This document shows positions 31,778-42,326 of a stretch of DNA of 64,000 nt, in pieces. Source of the DNA: a bacterium (GTDB taxonomy: Bacteria > UBA10199 > 2-02-FULL-44-16 > JAAZCA01); the NCBI GenBank assembly GCA_963674695.2, contig CAXXGI010000002.1:32001-96000 (forward strand). Direction: 5' to 3'. Numbering within the stretch: the stretch's first letter is position 1; every line of letters begins with the position of its first letter. The position numbers were made by a program, and so were the translations under genes. Under the pieces are notes generated by a model. That model searched no databases. It saw nothing but the letters and a program-made list of their open reading frames with translations, and was not told where the DNA came from.

Positions 31778-32533
31778 CTAATGTGCGCTGTGCACGATGG
31801 CGGCGAACGCTTTTGGATCGAGGGCGGCGCCGCCGACGAGCGCGCCGTCGATGTCGGGTTTGGTCAGGAGCTCGCGGCTGTTCGACGGCTTCACGCTGCC
31901 GCCATAGAGCAGGCGCGTCGTGTCGGCGACTTTGGCGCCGAAGGTGTCGGCCAGGTGCTTGCGGATCAGGGCATGCACCTCCTGTGCCTGCTCCGGCGTT
32001 GCGGTGAGTCCGGTGCCGATGGCCCAGACGGGCTCATAGGCGATGCAAAATTCAGGAGCGTCCGCGACATCGATGCCTTCGAGGCCGCCGCGCAGCTGTG
32101 AACCGATGACCTCCCACATGCGATCGGCCTCGCGCTCCTCGAGCGTTTCGCCGACACAGAGGATCGGAACGAGTTCATGCCGGAGTGCGGCGCGGATGCG
32201 TTTGTTGACCGTCTCGTTCGTCTCGCCGAAGAACTGCCGACGCTCCGAATGGCCGATGATCGCATAGCGGCAGCCGGCGTCGACGAGAAAGGGACCGGAG
32301 ATCTCGCCGGTGTAGGCGCCGGAATCCTCCCAGAAGATGTTCTGGGCTCCCAGTTTGAATTCCGTTCCGCCCATCGCTTCGCCGAGCGCATAGAGCGCGG
32401 TGAATGGCGGCGCGATGACGACGTCGACGGAACCGGCGGCCTTGACCTCTCCCTGGAAGGCGGTGATGAAGCGCAGCGCCTCGGGGATGGTGTTGTTCAT
32501 CTTCCAATTGCCGGCGATCAGCGGTGTGCGCAT
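31778..32533 (-). CDS. tpiA: Triosephosphate isomerase
   Basis: [32 protein letters not shown]. Confidence 0.98.
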   Translation of the reverse strand: MRTPLIAGNWKMNNTIPEALRFITAFQGEVKAAGSVDVVIAPPFTALYALGEAMGGTEFKLGAQNIFWEDSGAYTGEISGPFLVDAGCRYAIIGHSERRQFFGETNETVNKRIRAALRHELVPILCVGETLEEREADRMWEVIGSQLRGGLEGIDVADAPEFCIAYEPVWAIGTGLTATPEQAQEVHALIRKHLADTFGAKVADTTRLLYGGSVKPSNSRELLTKPDIDGALVGGAALDPKAFAAIVHSAH

Positions 32534-32552
32534 CGATTGCTCCTTTGCGTGA

Positions 32553-33734
32553 TTACTGTTCCAGTGCCGCAATGCCCGGCAGCGTCTTGCCCTCGAGAAA
32601 TTCGAGCGACGCCCCTCCACCGGTCGAAATGTGTCCAATCTTGTCCGCCAGACCCGATTGCGTGACCGCAGCGACCGAATCGCCACCACCGATGACCGAG
32701 GTGGCTTTTGCACTGGCCACCGCTTGGGCGACCGCATTCGTGCCCTTGGCAAAGGCGGGAATTTCAAAGACGCCCATCGGACCGTTCCAGAAGATGGTCT
32801 TGGCTAGGGCGATGCTGTCGCTATAGGCGGCGATGGTCTTCGGCCCGATGTCGAGCCCCATCATCCCTTCCGGAATGGATCGGTCCTCCGTCACCTTCGG
32901 CGTGGCGCTCGCTTCACAGGCCTCGGCGATGACGTGGTCGAGCGGCAACCGAATGCGGATGCCGCGCGTCTCGGCGCGTTCGAGGATGCGACGTGCCGCA
33001 TGGATCTTTTCCGTTTCGACGAGCGACTTTCCGATGGAGACGCCCTTGGCGGCGAGAAAGGTGAAGGACATGCCGCCGCCGATCAGAAACTGCTGGCAGA
33101 GGTTCATGAGGTTGTCGATCACGCCGATCTTGTCCGAGACCTTCGCTCCGCCCAAAATGGCGATGAAGGGTTTTTCCGGATTCTTGAGCAGTGGCGAGAG
33201 CGCTTCGATCTCGCGACGCATCAAAAAACCGGCGCCCTTGATCGCCACAAACGGGACCATGCCTGCGGTCGAGGCGTGTGCGCGGTGCGCGGTGCCGAAG
33301 GCATCGTTGATATAGACCTCGGCCAGCCCCGCGAGTTGCTTGGAGAAGTCCGAATCGTTCTTGGTCTCTTCCGAATGAAAACGCAGATTTTCCAACAGCA
33401 TGACTTGTCCCGGCTGAAGGTCCAGGGAGAGCTTTTTCACCGCATCGCCCACACAGTCTTCGGGGAGGACGACATCGCGGCCCAAAAGCCCTGCGAGATG
33501 CTCCGCCACGGGCTTGAGCGAGAACTTCGGATTCACCTCGCCCTTCGGCCGCCCGCGATGCGAGGCGAGGATCACCTTCGCATCGTGATCCAGGGCATAC
33601 TGAATGGTTGGAAGAGCGGCTCGGATGCGGGTGTCATCGGTGATGACACCCGCACCGTCCGTCGGCACGTTGAAGTCGACGCGGATGAAGACGCGCTTTC
33701 CCTCAAGCGGAATCTGGTCGATATATGTGATCAT
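32553..33734 (-). CDS. pgk: Phosphoglycerate kinase
   Basis: RVDFNVP, LLENLRF, NDAFGTAHRAHAS, GGAKVSDKI, WNGPMGVFE, HISTGGGASLE. Confidence 0.98.
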   Translation of the reverse strand: MITYIDQIPLEGKRVFIRVDFNVPTDGAGVITDDTRIRAALPTIQYALDHDAKVILASHRGRPKGEVNPKFSLKPVAEHLAGLLGRDVVLPEDCVGDAVKKLSLDLQPGQVMLLENLRFHSEETKNDSDFSKQLAGLAEVYINDAFGTAHRAHASTAGMVPFVAIKGAGFLMRREIEALSPLLKNPEKPFIAILGGAKVSDKIGVIDNLMNLCQQFLIGGGMSFTFLAAKGVSIGKSLVETEKIHAARRILERAETRGIRIRLPLDHVIAEACEASATPKVTEDRSIPEGMMGLDIGPKTIAAYSDSIALAKTIFWNGPMGVFEIPAFAKGTNAVAQAVASAKATSVIGGGDSVAAVTQSGLADKIGHISTGGGASLEFLEGKTLPGIAALEQ

Positions 33735-33825
33735 AAACGATTCCTCGTAGGGCGTAAGGAGTATATGCCGTTTCGCCCATCGTCCGAGATCCCGAAGGGA
33801 TCGGTCGCCCATCGTCCTTCGTCAA

Positions 33826-34830
33826 TTATAAACTCTTTCCCATATAGAGCATCAGCTCCACCATGCGGTTGCAGAAGCCGATCTCATTGTCGTACCAGGC
33901 CATGACCTTGGCGGTGTTGCCGATCGTCTTCGTGCAGAGCGAATCCACGGTCGAGGAATGCGCATCGCCCATGAAGTCGACGGAGACGAGCGGTTCGTCC
34001 GTGTAGGCGAGGATGCCCTTGAGTTCGCCTTCGCTGGCCTTTTTGAGCTCCGCGTTGATCTCTTCGGTGGTGGCGGCTTTTTTCAAAGTGACCACGAGAT
34101 CGACCATCGAGACGTTCACGGTCGGGACGCGAACGGCCAGGCCGTCCATCTTGCCCTTGAGCTCCGGCAGGACCAGGCCCACGGCCTTGGCCGCACCCGT
34201 CGTCGTCGGGATCTGATTGACCGCGGCGGCACGCGCGCGGCGCAGATCCGAGTGCGGCGCATCGACGACGCACTGATCGTTCGTATAGGAATGGATGGTC
34301 GTCATGAGGCCGTGTTCGATGCCGAAGGTCTCGTGCAGGACCTTGGCGACCGGCGCCAGACAATTGGTCGTGCAGCTGGCGTTGGAGACCACATCGTCGG
34401 TGGCCGGGTTGTACTTCTCGTTATTCACGCCCATGACGAAGGTGGCGACATCGTCGCCCTTGGCCGGAGCGGAGATGACCACCTTCTTTGCGCCCGCCTG
34501 CAGGTGCAGACCCGCCTTCTCCTTCGAGCGAAAGATGCCCGTGCACTCCAAAACGATCTGCGCTTCCTGCTTGCCCCAGGGGAGCTTGGTCGGATCCTTC
34601 TCGTTCGAGACGGGAATGGTGCGTCCGTTGATCGTGATGCTCGTCTCGTTGTGGCTCACCTCGCCCTTGAAGCGTCCGTGGGCGGAATCATATTTGAATA
34701 GGTGCGCCATCTCCTTGGCGGAAATCAGGTCGTTGATGCCGACGCACTCGACTTCGGGGTGATCCGCGATGACCCGCATTGCGAGCCGACCGATACGACC
34801 AAAACCATTGATTCCAATACGCAGTACCAT
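33826..34830 (-). CDS. gap: Glyceraldehyde-3-phosphate dehydrogenase type I
   Basis: GINGFGRIGR, SNASCTTNCLAP, PTTTGAAKAV, WYDNE. Confidence 0.98.
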   Translation of the reverse strand: MVLRIGINGFGRIGRLAMRVIADHPEVECVGINDLISAKEMAHLFKYDSAHGRFKGEVSHNETSITINGRTIPVSNEKDPTKLPWGKQEAQIVLECTGIFRSKEKAGLHLQAGAKKVVISAPAKGDDVATFVMGVNNEKYNPATDDVVSNASCTTNCLAPVAKVLHETFGIEHGLMTTIHSYTNDQCVVDAPHSDLRRARAAAVNQIPTTTGAAKAVGLVLPELKGKMDGLAVRVPTVNVSMVDLVVTLKKAATTEEINAELKKASEGELKGILAYTDEPLVSVDFMGDAHSSTVDSLCTKTIGNTAKVMAWYDNEIGFCNRMVELMLYMGKSL

Positions 34831-35034
34831 GTGAAGCCTCCTCAAAAGGGTTGGTGGTGATCTCCCTCGCGAGAGGGGGAATGTTGTTTATTGTGTTGAA
34901 AATCCTGTGGAGAAAAACCACGAATTTCCCGCAGGGGCGCGCAGTATACCGATTTGCCGATACCCGTCAAGCATTCGAAATACAGGCGTTTTTTGGGATG
35001 TCCACAAGGGGGCAATGAAAATTCAAGAGGAATA

Positions 35035-37470
35035 TCAAACAGTTGAAAGGTTTTCCTCCTTCGACGCCTCCGTGCCCCTCCAGATGGTGGCCAAAATCGG
35101 GGGGAAGAAAAAGAGGACGACCACCAGGCAGGCCATCATGCCGATATCGGCGGCGATGCCGATCGAGGCGAGCCCCCCGTGGTGGGCGAAGAGCAGGCCC
35201 GCAAATCCGGCGGCGGTCGTGAGCGTGGTCATCACGACCGAGCCCCCCGTGGTGGTGAGCACCTTCGGCAGATCGCGATACCCCTCCTCCTGGAAGCGGT
35301 GAAAGAAGTGGACGCCGTTGTCGATGCCGATGCCAAGGATGACGGGCAGCACCACCATGTTGAAGAAGTTGAGCGAGGCGCCGGTGGCCCCCATGATGCC
35401 GAGCATGAGCACGACGCCCGCGACGAGCGGCGCCATGGTGACCAGCGCAAAGCGCAGGTTTCTGAAATCGAAGAGCAGGAGGATGAAGACGGTGATAAAC
35501 GAGATGCCGACGGCCCAGGGGGAATCGCTGAGCATCACGTCGAGCACGTCGGCGAAGATCACGGAGCTGGAAACGGCGTGGAAGGTTGTGCCGTCCTCCG
35601 TCTGGATATCGCGGATTTCATCGGCCAACTGCATGGCGAGTCGGCCGTCCTTCAGATCGACCTCGGAATGGAGGAAGAGATAGACGAGTTGGTTTTGCTC
35701 GCCCGTCTTCTCATCGACGAAGACCTCCTTGAGCGTTGCAGGAACATCGTCGAGCGTGAAGGGGCTGGCGCGCGTGGATTTTTTAAGACCGTCGATGTGT
35801 TCCTTGTTCTCCCCCTTGACGAGCTTTTCGATCGTCTCGTCCTCGAGCATGACCTGAATCTCGCGCATGACCGGGATCTTTTTCTCCTGCCCTTCCGGCA
35901 CGAGCGAGTAGATGTTGCGCACGCTGTTCATGAGCGAGTTGGGATTGGCTTCGATCTTGGCTTCGAGGGCGAGCTTGACCGCACGCGCCTCGGCGGCGCT
36001 GTGCACCAGCACCACCGAAGGGCTGGCTTTCTGGGGGTTGACCCGATGCTCCAACTCCTGGGCGCGTTCGATGGCGGCGTTCGGGGCGCGGAAGTTCGCG
36101 AAGTTGTAGTTGAAACGCAGGAAGAGGGCGGCGACGAGAATCGAGACGCCGCAGGCGACGAAGAGGATCGTGAGCATAGTCTTGCGCGGGAGTGCGGTGA
36201 TGCGGACGAGCTTCCATCCCGAGACGGCGAAACGCTTGCGGCGCAGAAAGGGGACGCGCTGCTCCAGCGTAAAGAGTGCCGGCAGGATGATGGCGTAGGC
36301 CACGAGCGTCATGAGGATGCCGATGCCGGCGATCAATCCGAACTCGGAAAATCCCTTGAAGTCGTTGATGACCAAGACGATGAACGCCGCGGCGGTTGTG
36401 AGTCCCGCCGTGAGCGAGGAACGCCCGGTCTGGGTCAGCATCGTCATCAGCGCTTCGGCCAGGCCCGCCCCATTGAGACGCTCTTCGTTATAGCGTGAGT
36501 TGAGGTGGATGCCGAAGTCGATGCCGAGGCCGAAGAGGATCGAAAAGAGAAAGGCCGTGGTCATGTTGAGATGACCGATCATGAAATAGGTCAGCGCGAA
36601 GTTCCAGATGAGACCGCAGGCCAGCGGCAGCGTCACGAAGATCACCGCGCGCAGTGTTCGGAAATAGATCAGAATGAGCAGCAGGATGAGCGCGCCGGAG
36701 ACGATGCCGGCCATGCGCAAGTCATGCAGGAGCGATTCATACTCATGCGTGCCCGTAATCACGCCGCCCGTGTAGTGAATGACGGCGCTCGGGTCGTGTT
36801 TGGCCAGATCAAATGCGACGATGCGCTCCTTGATGTGCTGGGCGAATCGCTTGTAACTCTTCAGGTTGAACCCCTCCCCCTTGGGGAAGATGCCGACGAG
36901 AAAGACGCTTTCCTCGTCGTTGGTGTAATAGGGGCTCGTGATCTTTCCCGAATAGTTGCTGGCGTATTTTTCCTTCAGGTCGCCGAAGGTATCCTTGCCC
37001 GCGTCCTCGTCGTCTTCGAAGCTGATGTAGAGGCCGCCGAGCTTTTCGCGCTGGATGCGTCGGTCGATCCGGTCGCGCAGGTCTTCGAGATCATCGATGC
37101 CGGGGAAGAAGAGTTTGTGTTCGTCGAAGAAGTCATAGCCACGCTTGCGATAGTCGACCTCATCCACGGCGGGGTCGGCGGCGATCGCCGCGGCGAGTTG
37201 GGGCAGCGCGAGCGCGAGTCGCTTCGGGTCCTTCGTCTCGATGACGAGTGTGAGGTTCTTGAGGCTTCCGAATCGCTCGTCCACCTCGTTCATCAGCTGC
37301 ACGCTGCGGTAGTCCTGCGGCAGGAGCGACTTGAAGTCGGTCTGGATATTCTTGAAGAGCGCGATCACGTTCGGCACGGCCAGCCATGTGAGCAGGGCCA
37401 CCGCGATCAGGACGGGGATGAAGAGCTTCTGTGCGGCGCGGGCATATCCGCGCATGATGCGTTCGAACAT
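35035..37470 (-). CDS. MMPL/RND-family lipid transporter (HpnN-like)
   Basis: Two repeats of 1+5 TM with GLGIDFGIH and GIGIDNGVH motifs. Confidence 0.85.
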   Translation of the reverse strand: MFERIMRGYARAAQKLFIPVLIAVALLTWLAVPNVIALFKNIQTDFKSLLPQDYRSVQLMNEVDERFGSLKNLTLVIETKDPKRLALALPQLAAAIAADPAVDEVDYRKRGYDFFDEHKLFFPGIDDLEDLRDRIDRRIQREKLGGLYISFEDDEDAGKDTFGDLKEKYASNYSGKITSPYYTNDEESVFLVGIFPKGEGFNLKSYKRFAQHIKERIVAFDLAKHDPSAVIHYTGGVITGTHEYESLLHDLRMAGIVSGALILLLILIYFRTLRAVIFVTLPLACGLIWNFALTYFMIGHLNMTTAFLFSILFGLGIDFGIHLNSRYNEERLNGAGLAEALMTMLTQTGRSSLTAGLTTAAAFIVLVINDFKGFSEFGLIAGIGILMTLVAYAIILPALFTLEQRVPFLRRKRFAVSGWKLVRITALPRKTMLTILFVACGVSILVAALFLRFNYNFANFRAPNAAIERAQELEHRVNPQKASPSVVLVHSAAEARAVKLALEAKIEANPNSLMNSVRNIYSLVPEGQEKKIPVMREIQVMLEDETIEKLVKGENKEHIDGLKKSTRASPFTLDDVPATLKEVFVDEKTGEQNQLVYLFLHSEVDLKDGRLAMQLADEIRDIQTEDGTTFHAVSSSVIFADVLDVMLSDSPWAVGISFITVFILLLFDFRNLRFALVTMAPLVAGVVLMLGIMGATGASLNFFNMVVLPVILGIGIDNGVHFFHRFQEEGYRDLPKVLTTTGGSVVMTTLTTAAGFAGLLFAHHGGLASIGIAADIGMMACLVVVLFFFPPILATIWRGTEASKEENLSTV

Positions 37471-37573
37471 AATCGCAGATCCTAAGCAATATCGGCAACC
37501 TTCGTCAACGCTCGGGGTTCGCTTATCGCAGGAGTTGACAGGAAAGGCTTGCGGGGGCTACAGCTGCGCGGCG

Positions 37574-39001
37574 ATGCTGACCTCAAACACCGACACGATC
37601 GTGGCGATCGCCACCCCCGCGGGGATGGGGGGCGTGGGCGTGGTGCGTCTGTCCGGCCCGGCCTCACGCGCGATCCTCGCCCAGCTCTGGCGCGGCCGCA
37701 TGCCCGTCGAACGATTTGAGCCCCGAAAGCTCTACCTCGGCGAGATCGGTGCGCCTTCATCCGAAGAATGTTCACCGAATGAACGTTCAGACCGTGAACA
37801 CGACGAGTTACGAGTCACGAGTTACGAGTCACGAATAGATCGTGTCCTCGCCGTCCACATGCCCGCTCCGCAGACCTATACCGGCCAGGAGGTCGTCGAG
37901 CTGCACGCGCACGGCTCTCCGATCGTTTTGCGTCAGATCGTTGACGCATGTGTGAATTTTGGCGCACGGCTCGCCGAGCCGGGCGAGTTCACACGGCGCG
38001 CCTTTCTCGCCGGAAAGCTCGATCTCGCCCAGGCCGAGGCCGTGGCCGATCTCATCCACGCCGACAGCGAGCGGGCCGTCCGCGCCGCATCCGAACAGCT
38101 CGACGGCAGGCTCTCCCTCGAAGTGGGCGTGCTCCACGAGGCGCTGGCCGATGCGCGCGCGCGCGTCGAGGCGGCCATCGATTTTCCCGAGGAGGAGGAT
38201 GTCATCACCCACGCCTGTCACGATGCCGCCGACCGCCTCGCGTCGATCGCGCAGCGCTGTGGAGTTCTGGCCGCGACCTTTCGCGAGGGACGTCTCGTGC
38301 GCGAGGGGGTGCGCACGGCGATCGTCGGTCCGCCGAACGCGGGAAAATCGACGCTGCTCAATCGGCTGGCCGGGCAGGATCGCGCCATCGTTCACCACAC
38401 GCCGGGGACGACGCGCGACGTGATCGAGGAATCGGTCGTCATCTCCGGCATCGCCTTTCGGCTGTGCGACACCGCCGGCCTTCGTGATGGTGCCAGCGAG
38501 ATCGAAGGCCTCGGCATCGATCGCACGCAGGCGCAGATAGAACGGGCCGATCTGATCATCGCCGTCATCGATGGATCCCGGCCGATGAGCAGCGATGAGG
38601 AGATCCTATTCGCTTCACTCGATCCCACCCGCACGATCGTCGTCCAGAACAAATCCGATCTTTCGCAACCCTCCGATGCTCGAATTCCTGGGGGCGATGT
38701 GGCGATCTCCGCCAAGCTCGGCACGGGCATCGACGAGCTCAAGCGGCTGATGGTGAACGCGACCGAGGCCGGCGCTGCGACCGATGGTGCCATGGTGACC
38801 AATGCGCGTCACAAGGGCGCGCTCGATGAGGCGCACTCATGTCTGACCCAAGCCCAGCGCGCGCTCGATGCGTCCGAGCCGATCGAGTGCATCGCCCAGC
38901 TCCTGCGACGGGCACAGGACGTCCTCGGCACGATTACGGGAAGCGTCACCGACGACGCGATCCTCGATCGCATCTTTTCGCAGTTCTGCATCGGGAAGTG
39001 A
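37574..39001 (+). CDS. mnmE: tRNA modification GTPase MnmE
   Basis: DTIVAIATP, GEFTRRAFLAGK, GPPNAGKS, GTTRD, DTAG, NKSD, FCIGK C-terminus. Confidence 0.97.
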   Translation: MLTSNTDTIVAIATPAGMGGVGVVRLSGPASRAILAQLWRGRMPVERFEPRKLYLGEIGAPSSEECSPNERSDREHDELRVTSYESRIDRVLAVHMPAPQTYTGQEVVELHAHGSPIVLRQIVDACVNFGARLAEPGEFTRRAFLAGKLDLAQAEAVADLIHADSERAVRAASEQLDGRLSLEVGVLHEALADARARVEAAIDFPEEEDVITHACHDAADRLASIAQRCGVLAATFREGRLVREGVRTAIVGPPNAGKSTLLNRLAGQDRAIVHHTPGTTRDVIEESVVISGIAFRLCDTAGLRDGASEIEGLGIDRTQAQIERADLIIAVIDGSRPMSSDEEILFASLDPTRTIVVQNKSDLSQPSDARIPGGDVAISAKLGTGIDELKRLMVNATEAGAATDGAMVTNARHKGALDEAHSCLTQAQRALDASEPIECIAQLLRRAQDVLGTITGSVTDDAILDRIFSQFCIGK

Positions 39002-39025
39002 CGACGTGACGGTCATCCTGAGGAC

Positions 39026-39080
39026 GTCTCGATCGTGTCTCGATTACGGCTCAATTATGGCTTGATTATGTCTCGATAGA
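39026..39080 (+). repeat. Five tandem degenerate 11-bp repeats upstream of fic (candidate operator)
   Basis: GTCTCGATCGT GTCTCGATTAC GGCTCAATTAT GGCTTGATTAT GTCTCGATAGA. Confidence 0.7.
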
Positions 39081-39096
39081 GTGTCAAAATAATCCT

Positions 39097-40146
39097 ATGT
39101 TTACAGCAAGATATACAATTTCTGATGCCGTCGTTCAAAAGGTTTCAGCAATCGAACGCCTCTCGATGGCGCTCGATGCGCTCCCCGTCCCTGGAGAGAT
39201 CCTTCGATATCTGCAACGGCAATGTCTTATCGCGCTCACCCATTATTCGAATCAGATCGAGGGAAACCTCCTCTCATTTGAAGAGGTTTCAGATCTCCTC
39301 GAGCGGCATCGCACCTTTGGAAGGCCACGCGATGAGCGCGAGGTGAAGAATTATTTTTCCTTGCTGGAGCATATTCCTGCTCACATCGAAACGCATGGAG
39401 CTCAGATCACACCCGATCTTGTCCGGCTTTTCCACCGGGGGGTCGAGGAGGGGATCGTCGAGGAGGGGCTCTTGGGATCGTTTCGAACGACGCAGAACGC
39501 CGTCGACACGATCGGCGGAAAGATCGTCTATCTTCCGCCGGAACCGAATGATGTCGGCGGACTCGTTTCGGATCTCTGCGACTGGATACATCGCGCGGAT
39601 GTTCATCCCATCATCGCTGCCGCTATCCTCCACGATCAGTTTGTGACGATTCACCCCTTTCTCGATGGAAACGGGCGGTGTGCTCGCAGCTTGAGCCTCT
39701 ATTTCCTGGCGGCGCACGGTTTTCAGTGGCGACAGTGGGTGCCCGTCGATCAATTCTATGCATCCGACCGCGCGCGATATTATGCCGCCCTCCAGCAGGA
39801 GTATCCCCACAACTATTATGATGGGCGCTGTGATACGGACTTCACGTCATGGATCGAATATTATGTTGAAGGCATCGCCGTGATGCTCGCGGAGACGATT
39901 GAACGCGTGCGACATCTGGGATCCGGACAAACCCCCCTGAACAATCGCCAGGAACGAATCCTGAAATATCTGCAAACGCATTCGGCGATAACGGCGCGAG
40001 AATATGCCGCGCGTTTTTCTCTATCGATGCGCATGGCGGCCCGGGATTTAGGGTTTCTCGTTCGTGAGGGCAAGCTGCTTCGCCTGGGAAAGGGCCCATC
40101 AGTGCGCTATGTGCGAGTGAAACCAAAGATGGATTTAACACCTTGA
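39097..40146 (+). CDS. Fic-family protein with C-terminal winged HTH
   Basis: SNQIEGN inhibitory-type motif, HPFLDGNGRCAR catalytic motif, LNNRQERIL...MAARDLGFLV HTH. Confidence 0.92.
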   Translation: MFTARYTISDAVVQKVSAIERLSMALDALPVPGEILRYLQRQCLIALTHYSNQIEGNLLSFEEVSDLLERHRTFGRPRDEREVKNYFSLLEHIPAHIETHGAQITPDLVRLFHRGVEEGIVEEGLLGSFRTTQNAVDTIGGKIVYLPPEPNDVGGLVSDLCDWIHRADVHPIIAAAILHDQFVTIHPFLDGNGRCARSLSLYFLAAHGFQWRQWVPVDQFYASDRARYYAALQQEYPHNYYDGRCDTDFTSWIEYYVEGIAVMLAETIERVRHLGSGQTPLNNRQERILKYLQTHSAITAREYAARFSLSMRMAARDLGFLVREGKLLRLGKGPSVRYVRVKPKMDLTP

Positions 40147-40376
40147 GATCCTCCTGTCGCGGCTCATCGCGAAACGAGCCGTTTTGGCCTGCGAAGAGCC
40201 GTCGGTTGAGATCGGAGATCTCAATTCCGAGTGCTGTCTGAGCCCGCCAAAAATCGAATGTGTTCTTTTTCCTTCGGCGGGCGAGTTCAGGAGGAAAGAC
40301 GGGTCGAGTCAGATGCCAAAACGTGCGAGTGAAGCGCTAAAGCCGCGACAGGAGGATCTCAAGGTGTTAAATCCAT
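40129..40376. mobile_element. MITE-like element with perfect 36-bp terminal inverted repeats
   Basis: ATGGATTTAACACCTTGAGATCCTCCTGTCGCGGCT (40129-40164) is the exact reverse complement of 40341-40376. Confidence 0.75.
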
Positions 40377-42249
40377 GAACGATTCATTCGACATCATCGT
40401 CATCGGGGCGGGGCATGCCGGGTGCGAGGCGGCGCTCGCGGCCGCGCGAATGAATGTGCGCGTCTGCGTTGTGACCGATCGCGTCGAGACGATTGCGGCG
40501 ATGAGCTGCAATCCGGCCATCGGCGGCACGGCCAAGGGGCACCTCGTGCGCGAGATCGATGCGCTCGGCGGCGAGATGGGGCGTGCCTCCGACGCCACCG
40601 GCATTCAGTATCGGCGTTTGAACGCCAGCCGCGGGCCGGCGGTGCGCGCCACGCGCGCGCAGATCGATCGCGCCCGCTATCATCATTATATGCGCGCGGC
40701 CCTGGAGTCGCACCCGAACATCACGATCATCGAGGGGGGCGCGACCGACCTCCTCGTTGAAAACGACGTCGTTGCTGGTATTGCTTTTCACGAACGACGA
40801 ACGACGAACGACGAACAGCGTCTTTTCGGAAAAAAAGTGATTCTCACCGCCGGCACGTTCTTAAACGGCCTGCTCCACTTCGGCATGGAATCCAAACCCG
40901 GAGGACGCGTGGGCGATGTGGCCGACGCCGCTCTCTCCGATGCGTTGCGCACGCTCGGCTTTCCCCTCGGGCGCCTCAAGACCGGTACCTGCCCGCGCCT
41001 GATCGCCGACTCCATCGATTTTGTGAAATGTACGCGTCAGGAGGACGATGATCCGCGCCCGCGCTTTTCCGACGACGTGATCGCAAACGATCTCGAGCAG
41101 CTTCCCTGCCACATCACCTTCACGAACGAGGCGACACACGAGGTGATTCGCCAAAACCTCGATCGCTCGCCGCTCTATGCGGGGCGCATCGAGGGGGTCG
41201 GCCCGCGCTATTGCCCCTCGATCGAGACAAAGGTCGTGCGTTTTTCCGACAAGGATCGCCATCAACTCTTTTTGGAACCCGAAGGGCTCGACACCGACTG
41301 GATCTATGTCAACGGCCTGACGACCTCGCTGCCCGTCGATGTGCAGCAGCAGATGCTCGCGACGATTCCAGGTCTTGAGCGCGCGACGATCGTCCAGCCC
41401 GGCTATGCCGTCGAATACGACTACGTGCCGCCCACCGAGCTTCGCTCGACACTCGAGACCAAACGCGTTTCCGGGCTCTATCTGGCGGGACAGGTCAACG
41501 GGACCTCCGGATACGAGGAGGCCGCGGCCCAAGGGCTCATGGCGGGGATCAACGCCGTCCGTTCGCTGCGCGACGAGGAACCGGCGGTCCTTCGGCGCAG
41601 CGATGCCTACATCGGTGTCCTCATCGACGACCTGACGGTGAAGGGCGTGGACGAGCCCTATCGCATGTTCACCTCGCGCGCGGAACATCGCCTGCTCCTG
41701 CGCGAGGAGAACGCCGACGCGCGGCTCACCGCCATCGGTCGCGATCTCGGGCTCATCGACGACGCGCGCTGGGAAGGCTTTTGTGCACATCGCGATGCGG
41801 TGGAGCGCACGATCGCGGTGCTCCATGAGACGATGGTGACGCCCAGCGCAAGGATCAACGCCGTCGTTGAAGGGTGGGGTTCGGCGCCGATCAAAAAACG
41901 GATGCCCTTGGCCGATCTCGTCGCGCGCCCCGAGATCTCCATCGCGCAGGTCCTCGATGGCCTCGTCGGCGATGGCGCAACAACTCCATCCGCAGCGCTC
42001 ATGTGCGCCGAGATCGAACTCAAGTATGCGGGATACCTCAAGGCGGAGCGGATACAGGTGAAGCGACTCGACGAACTCGAATCGGTGCGTCTGCCCCAAT
42101 CATTCGACTATGCAACGGTCGCGAGCCTCTCCACCGAGGTGCGCGAGAAACTCGAACGCATACGCCCGGCAACGCTCGCCCAAGCCTTGCGCATCCCCGG
42201 CATGACCCCGGCCGCCATCTCCATCCTGATGATCCATCTTGCCCGATGA
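40375..42249 (+). CDS. mnmG: tRNA uridine-5-carboxymethylaminomethyl modification enzyme MnmG (GidA)
   Basis: [64 protein letters not shown]. Confidence 0.98.
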   Translation: MNDSFDIIVIGAGHAGCEAALAAARMNVRVCVVTDRVETIAAMSCNPAIGGTAKGHLVREIDALGGEMGRASDATGIQYRRLNASRGPAVRATRAQIDRARYHHYMRAALESHPNITIIEGGATDLLVENDVVAGIAFHERRTTNDEQRLFGKKVILTAGTFLNGLLHFGMESKPGGRVGDVADAALSDALRTLGFPLGRLKTGTCPRLIADSIDFVKCTRQEDDDPRPRFSDDVIANDLEQLPCHITFTNEATHEVIRQNLDRSPLYAGRIEGVGPRYCPSIETKVVRFSDKDRHQLFLEPEGLDTDWIYVNGLTTSLPVDVQQQMLATIPGLERATIVQPGYAVEYDYVPPTELRSTLETKRVSGLYLAGQVNGTSGYEEAAAQGLMAGINAVRSLRDEEPAVLRRSDAYIGVLIDDLTVKGVDEPYRMFTSRAEHRLLLREENADARLTAIGRDLGLIDDARWEGFCAHRDAVERTIAVLHETMVTPSARINAVVEGWGSAPIKKRMPLADLVARPEISIAQVLDGLVGDGATTPSAALMCAEIELKYAGYLKAERIQVKRLDELESVRLPQSFDYATVASLSTEVREKLERIRPATLAQALRIPGMTPAAISILMIHLAR

Positions 42250-42260
42250 GGGTTGGAAGT

Positions 42261-42276
42261 TGGCACATATTTTGCT
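42261..42276 (+). promoter_or_regulatory. Sigma-54 (-24/-12) promoter
   Basis: TGGCAC-ATATT-TTGCT with exact GG-N10-GC spacing, 50 nt upstream of ATG 42327. Confidence 0.7.
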
Positions 42277-42326
42277 AGTATTTGTATTTGGTAAAAAACG
42301 ACAAACAACTCCAAAGGAGGCCCACC

